A DNA stretch of 64,000 nucleotides from Thermoanaerobaculia bacterium (GTDB taxonomy: Bacteria; Acidobacteriota; Thermoanaerobaculia; Multivoradales; JAIOJS01). The notes below the pieces were generated by a model. It made no database searches, was not told where the DNA came from, and saw nothing but the letters and a program-made list of their open reading frames with translations. Shown in pieces: positions 48,306 to 58,200 of this stretch. The DNA lies in contig DASYQD010000039.1 in assembly GCA_036005845.1 (NCBI GenBank), forward strand, positions 19,732 to 83,731. Direction: 5' to 3'. How positions within the stretch are numbered: the first letter of the stretch is position 1; each line of letters opens with the position of its first letter. The position numbers were made by a program, and so were the translations under genes.

Positions 48306-48524
48306 TCAGTCACCGCCGCGGAGACCCCACTCGACGTCCTCGCGCACGAGTTCTTCCAGCAGCGAGGCGCGGTGGGACTCGGCGTATCGCCGCAACGCCT
48401 CGATAACGAGATCGTCCAGATCGCGGGACCAACCTCGTGCTACCAAGGCGTGGAGCTCTGCAAAGAGAGCTGCAGGCACCTCGGTGCTGAGAGTCACGGT
48501 CGGCGAATGGTCGTCGGCGGCCAC
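48306..48524 (-). CDS. Ribbon-helix-helix / UPF0175-type antitoxin-like protein partnered with DUF3368
   Basis: 72 aa. TVTLSTEVPAALFAELHALVARG...DLDDLVIEALRRY fits a beta-strand plus two helices. Sits immediately upstream of the DUF3368 reading frame. Confidence 0.55.
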   Translation of the reverse strand: MAADDHSPTVTLSTEVPAALFAELHALVARGWSRDLDDLVIEALRRYAESHRASLLEELVREDVEWGLRGGD

Positions 48525-48555
48525 GATGACAACCTTCCAAGCGCAATTCAGTTAG

Positions 48556-48628
48556 TACCCCCAACGGGACTCGAACCCGTGTTACCGCCGTGAAAGGGCG
48601 GTGTCCTGGACCTCTAGACGATGGGGGC
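48556..48628 (-). tRNA. tRNA-Glu (anticodon UUC)
   Basis: The reverse complement GCCCCCATCGTCTAGAGGTCCAGGACACCGCCCTTTCACGGCGGTAACACGGGTTCGAGTCCCGTTGGGGGTA is near-identical in architecture to bacterial tRNA-Glu. Anticodon loop CTTTCAC. Confidence 0.9.
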
Positions 48629-48709
48629 GTCGAGGCACGATCCGGCGGCGATTCTACCGCTCCGGCGACGGCCTCGCGGCGCGCGGGCTCATCTAGAATC
48701 GCCTTCGCC

Positions 48710-49378
48710 ATGACCGACGCCGCGGTCACTGCTGCGTTGCGAGCTTGGCGCGGCGGCGACGCGCGGGCGCAGGACGAGCTGATGCAGCTCGTCTACCCGG
48801 AGCTGCACCGGCGCGCCGAGCGGCTGCTGGCGCGCGAGCGGCCGGGACACACGCTGCAGCCGACGGCGCTGATCAGCGAGCTCTACCTGCGGCTCGTCGA
48901 CCAGCGGCAGGCGCAGTGGCAGGACCGCGCGCACTTCTTCGCCATCGCGGCGCGGCTGATGCGGCGGGTGCTGCTCGACCATGCGCGGCGGCACGGCGCC
49001 GGCAAGCGCGGCGCGCACGTGCGGCCGTTGCCGCTCGACCTGGTGGGCGAGCTGCCGGCCAATGCGCCCGGCGAGCTCGAGGCGCTCGACGAAGCGCTCG
49101 GCGACCTGGCGGCGCTCGACGCCACCGCCGCCGCGGTCGTCGAGCTGCGCTTCTTCGGCGGCATGTCGGTCGAGGAGACGGCGACAGTGCTCGGCTCCTC
49201 CACCGCCACCGTCGGGCGCCAGTGGCGCGCGGCACGAGCGTGGCTTCATTCGCGGCTCGCGGTCGACGGCGGCGATGGCGGTGGATCGGCTGAAGCGGCT
49301 TCGTCAGCGGCTCAGCCGGGCGTCGATGACCGAGCCGGCGCCGACGTGGACACCGCCACCAGCAAGGGCGATGCTTGA
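48710..49378 (+). CDS. ECF-subfamily RNA polymerase sigma factor
   Basis: Region 2 (LVYPELHRRAERLLARE...ELYLRL) and region 4 (VVELRFFGGMSVEETATVLGSSTATV). The low-complexity C-terminal tail may not be translated to the end. Confidence 0.75.
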   Translation: MTDAAVTAALRAWRGGDARAQDELMQLVYPELHRRAERLLARERPGHTLQPTALISELYLRLVDQRQAQWQDRAHFFAIAARLMRRVLLDHARRHGAGKRGAHVRPLPLDLVGELPANAPGELEALDEALGDLAALDATAAAVVELRFFGGMSVEETATVLGSSTATVGRQWRAARAWLHSRLAVDGGDGGGSAEAASSAAQPGVDDRAGADVDTATSKGDA

Positions 49379-49436
49379 TACCGGCGACGCACGCGCAGCG
49401 CATGCGGAACGAAGCGCGACGGGGAACGACGAAGCG

Positions 49437-51218
49437 ATGAGCGAGCGGTGGCAGCGGCTGCTCGCGGACTTCGATGCGGCGGCTGCGATGGGCGAGGAGG
49501 AGAGGCGGACGTTTCTTGACGCGCGGCGCGCCGAGGACCCGGCGGGTGCCGCCGAGCTCGAGAAGCTGCTCGCCGCCGATACCGGCAGCGGTGTGCTCGA
49601 CACCGATCCGCAGCGGCTGCTCGACGCGCTCGGCCTGCCGCCGAAGCCGGCCGCCGCCGATGCGCCGCTGAGCCGTCCATTGGATCCAACCGCCGGCGGT
49701 GTGCCGCCGGGCTCGCCCGCCTCCGGAGTGCCGGCGGTGATCGGTCGCTATCAGGTCATCGAGCGCATCGGGCGCGGCGGCTTCGGCGACGTCTACCGTG
49801 GATTCGATCCGGTGTTGAAGCGCGCCGTCGCGATCAAGACCTGCCTCGTCGCCGAGACCGCCGTGCGGCAGCGCTTCGTGCGCGAGGCGGAGCTGGCGGC
49901 GCGGCTCGTGCACCCGAACATCGTCACCGTTCACGACTTCGGCGCCGATGGCGAAGTGCCGTACCTGGTCCAGGAGCTGCTGCCGGGCGAGGACCTTGCG
50001 CAGCGGCTGGCGCGTTCGATCGGCCCGCACCGGGGCGACGACGGCGACCTCACGCTGGCGCAGAAGCTGCGCCTGCTGCTCGACGTCGCCGCCGGGCTCG
50101 CGCACGCGCACGCGGCCGGCGTCGTGCACCGCGACGTCAAGCCGGGCAACCTGCGGTTGCTCCCGGACGGACGCACCAAGATCCTCGACTTCGGCATCGC
50201 GCGCGAGCTGGGCGCCGGCTCGGTGCTCACCGGCGACGACAAGGCGATCGGCACGCTCGCCTATATGGCCCCCGAGCAGGCGCGCGGCGAGCTGCCCGAC
50301 GCACGGGCCGACGTGCACGGCTGGGGCGCCGTCGCTTACGAGCTGCTGTCGGGGCGGCGCGCGGTCCCCGGCAACAGCCCGGCAGCAATGATCTTCCGGC
50401 TGCTCGACAGCGCGCCGCCGCCGCTGCGGCAGGTGGCGCCCGGCACGCCGCCGGACCTTGCCGCGCTCGTCGACCGCTGCCTCGAGCGCGACGCGGCGAA
50501 GCGGCCGCGCGACGGCGGCGAGTTGCTCGCGTTGCTCGAGCCCTTGGCGCGGCGGCTGGTGCCATCGGCGGAGTTGGCGGAACCGGTCGCATGGGGCAAG
50601 CGCGGGTCGTCGAGCCGAGAGCGACGGCGGCGGCTCATCGGTTGGGCGGCGTCGATCGTCGTCGTCGCGGTGGGCGTGTTCGCAACGCGGCTCGCCATCC
50701 GCAGCGTGGACGAGTCGCCGTTGAGCGTTTCGGTTCGGGCGCCGGAGGGCGCGACGAATCACGACGCCGGCGTGAATCCCGGCGAAGGTCCGGCGCCCGG
50801 TGGTGCGCCCACGATCGCGAAGCCGCCTGCCTCGCCCGCTGCCGGCAACGCTGCGGCCATCCCTCCGATTGCGACCGCAAACTCGGCAGGGACGCCGGCC
50901 GCCGCCAGTGTTTCTCCGCCGCCCGCATCCGCCGGTGTCGCCGCGGCCGCACCCACCGGATTGCTGGCCGTCGACGCGCTGCCGTGGGGCGAGCTGGTGC
51001 GGCTGGTCGCCGCCGACGGTCGCGAGCTGTCGTTGCCCGACGATGCGATCACGCCGCTCGCGCTGACGGTCGCCGAGGGCGACTACACCGCCTGGCTCCG
51101 CCATCCGAGCGGCGCCGAGCGCAGCTGCGAGGCGCACGTCGCCGCCGGCGCACGCGCGCTCTGCCGCGTCGAGTTGCGCGACCTGCGGGCCGCGGATCTA
51201 CTCGGAGGCGCGGAGTGA
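49437..51218 (+). CDS. Ser/Thr protein kinase with one TM segment and an extracytoplasmic C-terminal domain (ECF-sigma associated)
   Basis: N-terminal MSERWQRLLADFDAAAAMGEEERRTFLDARRAEDPAGAAELEKLL. Kinase motifs GRGGFGDVY, AIK, HRDVKPGNL, DFGIARE, APEQ. TM helix IGWAASIVVVAVGVFATRLAI. A Pro/Ala-rich linker precedes the C-terminal domain. Confidence 0.85.
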   Translation: MSERWQRLLADFDAAAAMGEEERRTFLDARRAEDPAGAAELEKLLAADTGSGVLDTDPQRLLDALGLPPKPAAADAPLSRPLDPTAGGVPPGSPASGVPAVIGRYQVIERIGRGGFGDVYRGFDPVLKRAVAIKTCLVAETAVRQRFVREAELAARLVHPNIVTVHDFGADGEVPYLVQELLPGEDLAQRLARSIGPHRGDDGDLTLAQKLRLLLDVAAGLAHAHAAGVVHRDVKPGNLRLLPDGRTKILDFGIARELGAGSVLTGDDKAIGTLAYMAPEQARGELPDARADVHGWGAVAYELLSGRRAVPGNSPAAMIFRLLDSAPPPLRQVAPGTPPDLAALVDRCLERDAAKRPRDGGELLALLEPLARRLVPSAELAEPVAWGKRGSSSRERRRRLIGWAASIVVVAVGVFATRLAIRSVDESPLSVSVRAPEGATNHDAGVNPGEGPAPGGAPTIAKPPASPAAGNAAAIPPIATANSAGTPAAASVSPPPASAGVAAAAPTGLLAVDALPWGELVRLVAADGRELSLPDDAITPLALTVAEGDYTAWLRHPSGAERSCEAHVAAGARALCRVELRDLRAADLLGGAE

Positions 51219-51269
51219 GCCGCACCTGCAAGACAGTCTGCCGCGCAGCATGGCGTCCTCGATCCGTGC

Positions 51270-51309
51270 GGCATCGAGATCGCTTCGTCGCTGCGCTCCT
51301 CGCGATGAC
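51270..51309. repeat. REP-like element, locus C, single unit in inverted orientation
   Basis: GGCATCGAGATCGCTTCGTCGCTGCGCTCCTCGCGATGAC is the reverse complement of GTCATCGCGAGGAGCGCAGCGACGAAGCGATCTCGATGCC. It differs at 3 of 38 positions from the locus A unit. Confidence 0.55.
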
Positions 51310-51319
51310 GCGTGGAGCG

Positions 51320-52045
51320 ATGTCGCAAGCGCCTCGCCATCTCGTCATCAGCGCGCTTCTCGTCGCAACGTTGGTCGCGGCTTCGCCGGCCCGTGCCGAC
51401 TATCGGCAGTCGTACCTCGATGGCCGCGCAGCATTGGCGCGCGGCGACGCGGCCGAGGCCGCGCGGCTGCTCGCCGCAGCGGCCGCCGAGCGTCCCGCGG
51501 AGCAGCCGCGCGCCCGCCTCGTTGGCGCCATCCCGGAGCCTTACCTGCCGCACCACCTCCTCGCCACCGCCTACGCCCGGCTCGGCCGCTGCGCCGACGC
51601 GTTGCGCGAATGGGAGGCCTCCGCCGCGCAAGGAGTCGCCGCCGCCATCCCCGGCCCCGCCGCCGAAGCGCGCACGGGCATCGCCGACTGCCGCCACCGC
51701 CTCGGCATCACCGATCCGGCCGAGGCCGCCGCCGCCGCCCGCGTAGCGGCGCACACCGAGCTCACGCACGCCCTGGACGCCTACCTCGCCGGCAACTACG
51801 CGCGCACGGTGGAGCTGCTCGAAGCGCTGCCAGCGCCGCCCGACGGAGGCTCGCGCGCCTGGCAGCTCGCGTTGCGCGCCGCCGCGCGCCACTCGCTTTA
51901 CCGGCTCGGCGGCGGGCGCGACGCGATGCTGCTCGCGGCCGCCATCGCCGACGCTCGCGACGCGCGCCGCGCGGACCCGTCCTTCCGCCCCAACCCTGAG
52001 CTCTTCTCGCCCCGGTTCCTGGAGCTGTGGTCGGCGCAGCGCTGA
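51320..52045 (+). CDS. Secreted hypothetical protein (helical/TPR-like)
   Basis: ATG at 51320 gives MSQAPRHLVISALLVATLVAASPARA, a signal peptide, followed by an Ala-rich helical domain. Confidence 0.5.
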   Translation: MSQAPRHLVISALLVATLVAASPARADYRQSYLDGRAALARGDAAEAARLLAAAAAERPAEQPRARLVGAIPEPYLPHHLLATAYARLGRCADALREWEASAAQGVAAAIPGPAAEARTGIADCRHRLGITDPAEAAAAARVAAHTELTHALDAYLAGNYARTVELLEALPAPPDGGSRAWQLALRAAARHSLYRLGGGRDAMLLAAAIADARDARRADPSFRPNPELFSPRFLELWSAQR

Positions 52046-52239
52046 TCGGCGCTGGTCAGCGGCCCAGCAGCACGAACGCCAGCGCGATCGCCCAGAGGAC
52101 GAGCAGCGCCGGCCAGTTGACCGCCGAGCTGGGTGCGGAGGGCTTGCGCATCACGAAAAGAAGACGCGCCGTGTTGGTTGGGATTCGATCTCAGCGTTCA
52201 TCGGGACGTCATCGAAATGTTCAGCATCCATGTCTACGT

Positions 52240-53604
52240 TCAAAACCGCGCCACCGTCGAGAGCGACACCGTGTCGACGAGGTCGGAAGTGTCGATCGCG
52301 AGGTCGACCTGCGCCCGCCCGAGCACCACGCCGAGCCCGCCGCAGAGGTGGAGCTGGTCCTCGCCGGGCGCGAAGCGCGCGCGCAGCACGGCGTTGCGGC
52401 CGCCGTAGCGCAGCCGGTGGTCCGGGTCGTGCCAGAGCCCGACGCGGAAGGCCACCGGCAGCTTCCAGGTCACCGCCTGGTACTCGGCGCCGAGGTGCAG
52501 CTCGTCGGCGTCGGCGAGGGTGAAGAAGCGCTCCTCTCCGCGCCCCGCGAGCAGCACGTTGACGAGGTCGTCGGAGAGCGACGAGTAGCCGACGTGGTCC
52601 CAGTCGACCGCGATCACCAGCTCGTCGCGCGGCCGCCAGGCGACGCCGGCGCCGAAGCTGTCGGGCGCATGGAAGACGCCGGGGCCGCCGACCGAGTGCT
52701 CGACCCTCCCCGGCTCGTCGCCGCGCGGCCCCTGCACGAACTGCGCGTCGAAAGCGAAGTCGCCGCCGCGGCGGTAGACGGTGCCGAAGCTCCACGCCGC
52801 CGCCGGCCGCCAGAGCACGCCGATGCTGCCGGCGACGTCGTCGTCGCTGCCGTCGAGCGTCTGCACGTTGAGCACGTTCTCGGGCAGGAAGTCGGCGGGG
52901 CCGAAGAAGCCGCCGGTCAGGCCGTCGACGAGCGGATCGCCGGTGCGGTCGCGGCGCTCGAAGCGCTCGGTGAACGAGTGGAGGTGGAAGCGCTGCCACG
53001 ACAACGTCAGCCCAACCGACCACTGCGAGCCAAGCCGGTAAGCGGCCGCGCCGCCCCACGACGCGATGTCGAGGTTTAAGTGCGAGCGCGCCGGCACCGC
53101 GCGGCCGACGAGCTCGCGCGGTCCGCCGAACGGCCCGTGCGAGACGAGCGAGGCTTGGAAATCGGCGAGCTGATGGCGGTAGAGCGCCCACGCGCCGCGC
53201 CGCCCGGTGTGCACGTACGACGCGAACGAAACGCCCGCCGTGCGGTTGCGCCGCTCGCCGAGCTGCAGTCCGTCGACGGTGTCGATGCCGATGCCGGTGA
53301 CGCCCGTCGCCGGCTGGTGGCCGCGGTCGACGAAGCGGCTGGTGAAGTCCCAGCTCCGCCCTTCGACGCTGAGCTCCGGCTGCTGGAGCTGCGCCAGACC
53401 CGCCGGGTTGGCGTACGCCGCCGTCGCGTCGTCGGCGAGACCGAGGAAGGCGCCGCCGAGCGCCAGGCTGCGCGCGCCCGGCGTCGACAGGTTCCATTGC
53501 AGCGCGCTCTGGATCTCGTCGTTGCTCTGCGCGAGAAGCGGCGGCGCGAAAAGCCAGCAGCCGAGCCAGCCCAGCGCGCCACCCACCCGCCACAGCCACG
53601 ACAT
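52240..53604 (-). CDS. Outer-membrane beta-barrel transport protein, FadL/OmpP1/TodX-like
   Basis: Signal peptide MSWLWRVGGALGWLGCWLFAPPLLA. N-terminal AAYANPAGLA (NPA hatch motif). C-terminal ...STVARF aromatic terminus. Confidence 0.6.
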   Translation of the reverse strand: MSWLWRVGGALGWLGCWLFAPPLLAQSNDEIQSALQWNLSTPGARSLALGGAFLGLADDATAAYANPAGLAQLQQPELSVEGRSWDFTSRFVDRGHQPATGVTGIGIDTVDGLQLGERRNRTAGVSFASYVHTGRRGAWALYRHQLADFQASLVSHGPFGGPRELVGRAVPARSHLNLDIASWGGAAAYRLGSQWSVGLTLSWQRFHLHSFTERFERRDRTGDPLVDGLTGGFFGPADFLPENVLNVQTLDGSDDDVAGSIGVLWRPAAAWSFGTVYRRGGDFAFDAQFVQGPRGDEPGRVEHSVGGPGVFHAPDSFGAGVAWRPRDELVIAVDWDHVGYSSLSDDLVNVLLAGRGEERFFTLADADELHLGAEYQAVTWKLPVAFRVGLWHDPDHRLRYGGRNAVLRARFAPGEDQLHLCGGLGVVLGRAQVDLAIDTSDLVDTVSLSTVARF

Positions 53605-53699
53605 CGCGGCGAGTATGTCACGTAACCATTTCACCGCGGGAGCCGCGGCCGCGGGCGCGCGCGGATGCCGCGACTCGATCGCCGCTCGCGCGCGCAGCC

Positions 53700-55025
53700 T
53701 CAAGCGCGCAGTGTCGGTAACCGCTCGGACGTCAGGCGCCGCAGCAGCGGCGAGTCGCGCACGATCGTCTCCTCGCGCCGCGGCCCGGTGGAGACGAGCG
53801 CCATCGGCACGCCGAGCTCCTGCTCGACGTAGGCGACGTAGTCGCGCGCCTGGGCCGGCAGCGACTCGTAGTCGAGGATGCCCACCGTCTGCTTGCGCCA
53901 GCCGGGCATGGCGCGGTACTCGGGCTTGGCTTCGGCGAGCACGCGCGCTTCCGCCGGGAACCGCTTGAGCAGCTCGCCGCGGTAGCGATAGCCCGTGCAG
54001 ACCGGGATCTCGGCGAAGCCGTCGAGCACGTCGAGCTTGGTGAGCGCCACCGCGTCGACGCCGTTGAGCTCGGTCGAGTAACGCGCCGCCACGAGGTCGA
54101 GCCAGCCGCAGCGGCGCGGGCGGCCGGTGACGGTGCCGAACTCGTTGCCGCGTTTGCGCAGGTACTCGCCCGCGGCGCCGAGGTCCTCGGTGGGCAGCGG
54201 GCCGCCGCCGACGCGCGTGGTGTACGCCTTGAGCACGCCGAGCACGCCGTCGACCGCGCGCGGCGGCAGCCCCGTGCCGGTGCAAGCGCCGCCTGCCGTC
54301 GCGCTCGAGCTGGTGACGTACGGGTAGGTGCCGTGATCGACGTCGAGCATGCTGCCCTGCGCGCCCTCGAGCATGATGCGCTTACCGGCCTTGGCCGCCG
54401 ACTGGAGAAGCGCCGCGGTGTCGGACTTGTAGGGCGCCAGGCGATCGGCCCAGTCGCGGCACTGATCGGCGACCCGCATCGGGTGGCCGATGGGCTCGCC
54501 GCCGAGCGCCTGCAGCTCACCCTCGATGCGCAGCAGCAGCGTGCGCAGGCGCTCCTCGAGATCGGGCGCCGAGAGGTCGCAGACGCGCAGGCCGGCGCGG
54601 CCGACCTTGGTCTCGTAGGTGGGGCCGATGCCGCGGCCGGTGGTGCCGATCTTGCCGCTGCCCGCCGCCTCCTCGCGCTTGAGGTCGAGCGCGCCGTGCT
54701 CGGGGAAGATGACCTGCGCCCGCTCGGAGACGAAGAGGCGGCCGTCGACGGCGATCCCCGCCTCGCGCAGCTTGCCGACCTCGTCGAAGAACGCCTCGGG
54801 GTCGATCACCATGCCGTTGCCGAGCACGCACTGCACCTCGCCGTGCAGGATCCCTGACGGGATCAGGCGGAGCGAGAAGTGCTTCTCGCCGAAGCGCACC
54901 GTGTGGCCGGCGTTGTGGCCGCCCTGATAGCGCGCGACGAAGTCGAACGCCGGGCAGAGGAGGTCGACGATCTTCCCCTTCCCCTCGTCTCCCCACTGCA
55001 TGCCGACGACGACGACGTTGGCCAT
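53700..55025 (-). CDS. purA: Adenylosuccinate synthetase
   Basis: MANVVVVGMQWGDEGKGKIVDLL is the P-loop. GGHNAGHTV. TTGRGIGPTYE. 441 aa. Confidence 0.9.
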   Translation of the reverse strand: MANVVVVGMQWGDEGKGKIVDLLCPAFDFVARYQGGHNAGHTVRFGEKHFSLRLIPSGILHGEVQCVLGNGMVIDPEAFFDEVGKLREAGIAVDGRLFVSERAQVIFPEHGALDLKREEAAGSGKIGTTGRGIGPTYETKVGRAGLRVCDLSAPDLEERLRTLLLRIEGELQALGGEPIGHPMRVADQCRDWADRLAPYKSDTAALLQSAAKAGKRIMLEGAQGSMLDVDHGTYPYVTSSSATAGGACTGTGLPPRAVDGVLGVLKAYTTRVGGGPLPTEDLGAAGEYLRKRGNEFGTVTGRPRRCGWLDLVAARYSTELNGVDAVALTKLDVLDGFAEIPVCTGYRYRGELLKRFPAEARVLAEAKPEYRAMPGWRKQTVGILDYESLPAQARDYVAYVEQELGVPMALVSTGPRREETIVRDSPLLRRLTSERLPTLRA

Positions 55026-55254
55026 TGGCGCGACCTCTCGGGCGGGCGGCAAAGTACCAGAGCGGCCCGAAAAGAAGAAGGCGCGAACAGGCTAGCCGCG
55101 CTCGGTGCGGCTGACGAGTGGCACTAAGTGCGGACGCTGGCGAGCCTCGTAGCAGGAGGGACCCTGAAACAGGTAGCCTACGCCTGCCGCATCGTAGTTC
55201 TGAGATCTTCGGCGGGCGCCATGCCTGCGAACCCTTCTGTTTGGAGGACAAGGA

Positions 55255-58200
55255 GTGGATGACGCGCAGAGTAGACAGAATCATCAATTCGCATGGCTAC
55301 TCCACTGCTATCACCGCCATTGTCTGGTCGACACGCCGGCACCCGCCGGCACCGAGACCCTATTCCCTGAGTCGCATCCGTGGCTCGTCGATGCCACGGG
55401 CGCCGAGATCCAACTCGACTACGAGCCGCGATCACTCGCCATTAATCGCGAGGCCGATCGCGTTGCAGTGGGCACCAAGTCAGGAAAGGTCCACGTGGCC
55501 ACGCGTCGCGGCTCAAACTGGTCGACAGCGGTTGTAAGTCTTAAGGACATCGACAGCCGAACGACCAGCGCCGTTCGTGGTCTCGCCTTCGGCGCCACGG
55601 GTCGCCTCTATGCCTGCACCCGCAGCGGTCGCGCCTGGTTGCTCGACGACGAACGAGATCCGCAGCCCATCAAGTTGCCCGATGACGACGCCGAGGAGTT
55701 TCGGGGTTGGGTCGGTCGCTGTCAGCGTCTGCTGCCGCTCACGCCTCCCAACGCCTCCGCCGAGGCTGGTCACGAAGACGACTTCCTGTTGCTCACTCGT
55801 GGTAACAGGACGTGCCGCCTGCGCGACGAGGCTCTGCGCGTGATCGATGTCAGTCCGCACGAAGGAGCGGCGACGCTGTTTCCTGGCTGGTCGGGCGAGC
55901 GAATCACCGCCGGTGCCTGGACTGGCGATTACCTGTGGGTGCTCGGGGAGGGTGGCGCGCTCCACCTGTTCGGTTTCGCGTCGCACGAGTTCGAGCCCGT
56001 GGCGCAGTACTCGCTCCACTACCCGCGCGGCCGCGGTCTCTTCGGCGACATCTCGCCAACTCCAGTGGGGCTCGGGGTGCTCGTAGCCGACGACGTCACG
56101 TTCCTACCGTTCGAGTCTTCCCGCGAGCGAACGTCGGGGCCGCGCTTGAGGCTAGACGAGACCGGCCGAAGGCGAGGTCCCGAGGTGAGCCCACGCACCT
56201 GGCGTCATGTCCAGGACGCCATGGACGTCGCGACTTGGCTGCCCTTCTACGGCTCGCAGGACGAGCTCGACAACGCCAAAGACGTCACGCTGTTTGTGGC
56301 CCAGGCTCATCGCGGTTTGAGCGCGATGACCTGGCCGATCGACGATGACAAAAGGCAGGTGGAGCTATCGAGCGTCCCGCTCGACGAACACCGGGAGGCC
56401 CCGTCGGCGCTTTTCGTCGCCGTGCGCACGACTCCGGGCAGCGACCATCGCCCTGCGGGCATCGGTCCGGCGGTACTCGCGGTGTCGACGCGCGACCACC
56501 GTCTGATCCTGCGCTCCCTACTCGACCGAACGACGCTCGAATCGACATTGAAGAGCCATTGGGATGGACAGCGTCCCGACGAGCCGCAAAATGCCAGCGA
56601 GGCTTGGTGGTTGGCGAGCCAGGAGCTAAAGGAGAGGGGTCACCAAGCGTTGGACGTCGCTGGCACGTGCCTGCCGCACCTAGAGGCCGGCGACGTAAGG
56701 CGCCTCGCCGTGACGCTGATGGCGAAGCCGCTTCAGGGGACGCCGGAGACGGAAGCCAAGGGCTTCAAGGGATGGATCCGCGGGCTGTTGCGCCGGGCCG
56801 GTGAACTCGGCACGCAGGCGCTCGACGACACGTGCGCAGAGATCGCGGAGGGACTATCCCGCCAAGCGCCAGACGGTCAGGACTGGCTCAAGCACTACGA
56901 GGGCCTCTTCCGCAAGTGGGTGATCTATGGCTACACCTACGGCGAGAAGGAACTCGGCCTGCGCGATCTTTGCCAAGCCAACGTCGACGGTGGCCGCGGG
57001 CTTGACGCGCTGACCTACCTGACCAAATGCATCCGCAAGCGTGCCGATCCGGTTTGGCGTGTGGAGGTTGCCGATCCGACGTTGCGTTCCGCAGCCTGGG
57101 ACCTGCATGCCGCCAAGGACGGCGGGCTGGTGCTCGCTTCATTCACCGACGGCACCATCGCCGCGCTCGGGCTCGATGGGACCCGCTATGCGTTCGCCGC
57201 CGACCGGCCGGCCGACCTCGGCGTCGAGATCGACCGAGCGGGCAGGATCCTCTCGGTGGGGTCGCGTGAGTTTCGGCGTAAGTATCACCACGGCCCCTAT
57301 GCCCGGCGGCTCTACGTCGAGCAACTCGACGGGCGTCGCTACTTAGCGGTTTTCGCGCTGCGTGGGTGGCGCCGGGAGGACCTCAAGCTCAAGCTCCCCG
57401 GAGCCCGCAACGCCCAGCTCGTAGCCCTCGAGCTGGAGCTGGATAAGAAAAACCGTCAGGTCTTTATTCGCGGCGGCCAATCTCACCGGCTCGACGATGA
57501 GGGCTATGCGATCGCCGAGCGGTACCGTGGACCGGCAGGGCATCCCACTTATCTGCTGATCGGCACCGCGGCTGAGGGGGCGGCCGAGACCGGCCAGTAC
57601 AGCCCTTTCCTCGAGGTCGAGCTGAGTACTCATGGAGGCGTGCGGGTCGCGCCTCCAAAGCAGCTCAAGCTAGCGGTTCCCGCCGGCGAGCGCACGCGTC
57701 TCAAGGAAGCTCAGATCCACCCGATGCTGCTACGAGACCCCTGCTGGTCCTTGGTTGCCGACCCGCGCTCCGGAGCCGGCGAGCATTGGGCTGGATTCCA
57801 ATCCGGTCGGATTACCAAATTCGCTGTCAAGGATGGGAGAGTGACCGAAGCGGAGGGAGCCGAACTGCTGGGCGACGGCGCGGTTTGGGCGTTAGCTGCA
57901 ACCGCTGACCCGACGGTCAGCCGCGTGGCAGCGGCGGCCGGCGCGCGCTCAAGCGCGTTCCTCGCTTACGGAACGGCCCGGGGAGCCATCGGCGTCGTGC
58001 ACGCCACTAATGAAGGCAGCGAGACGCAGGTGGCCCACATCTACCAAACACGGGAGTCCCTGCCCATCTCCAGCATCTTCGCCTACAGCGACTTTTCCTT
58101 CGGCGACGAACACCGCCGGTTCTTCCTCGCCACCACCCAAGAGGGAGTCGCCGTTCTCCTTCGCGTCCACACGACGCCGTTCGCGCCGCCGGGCTCGCGT

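Noticed and set aside
48981-49436. An N-terminal extension of the Ser/Thr kinase ORF back to 48981, overlapping the ECF sigma gene
   Set aside because: The extension is in a shadow frame of the sigma factor gene. The recognisable kinase-associated N-terminal helix begins at MSERWQ (49437).
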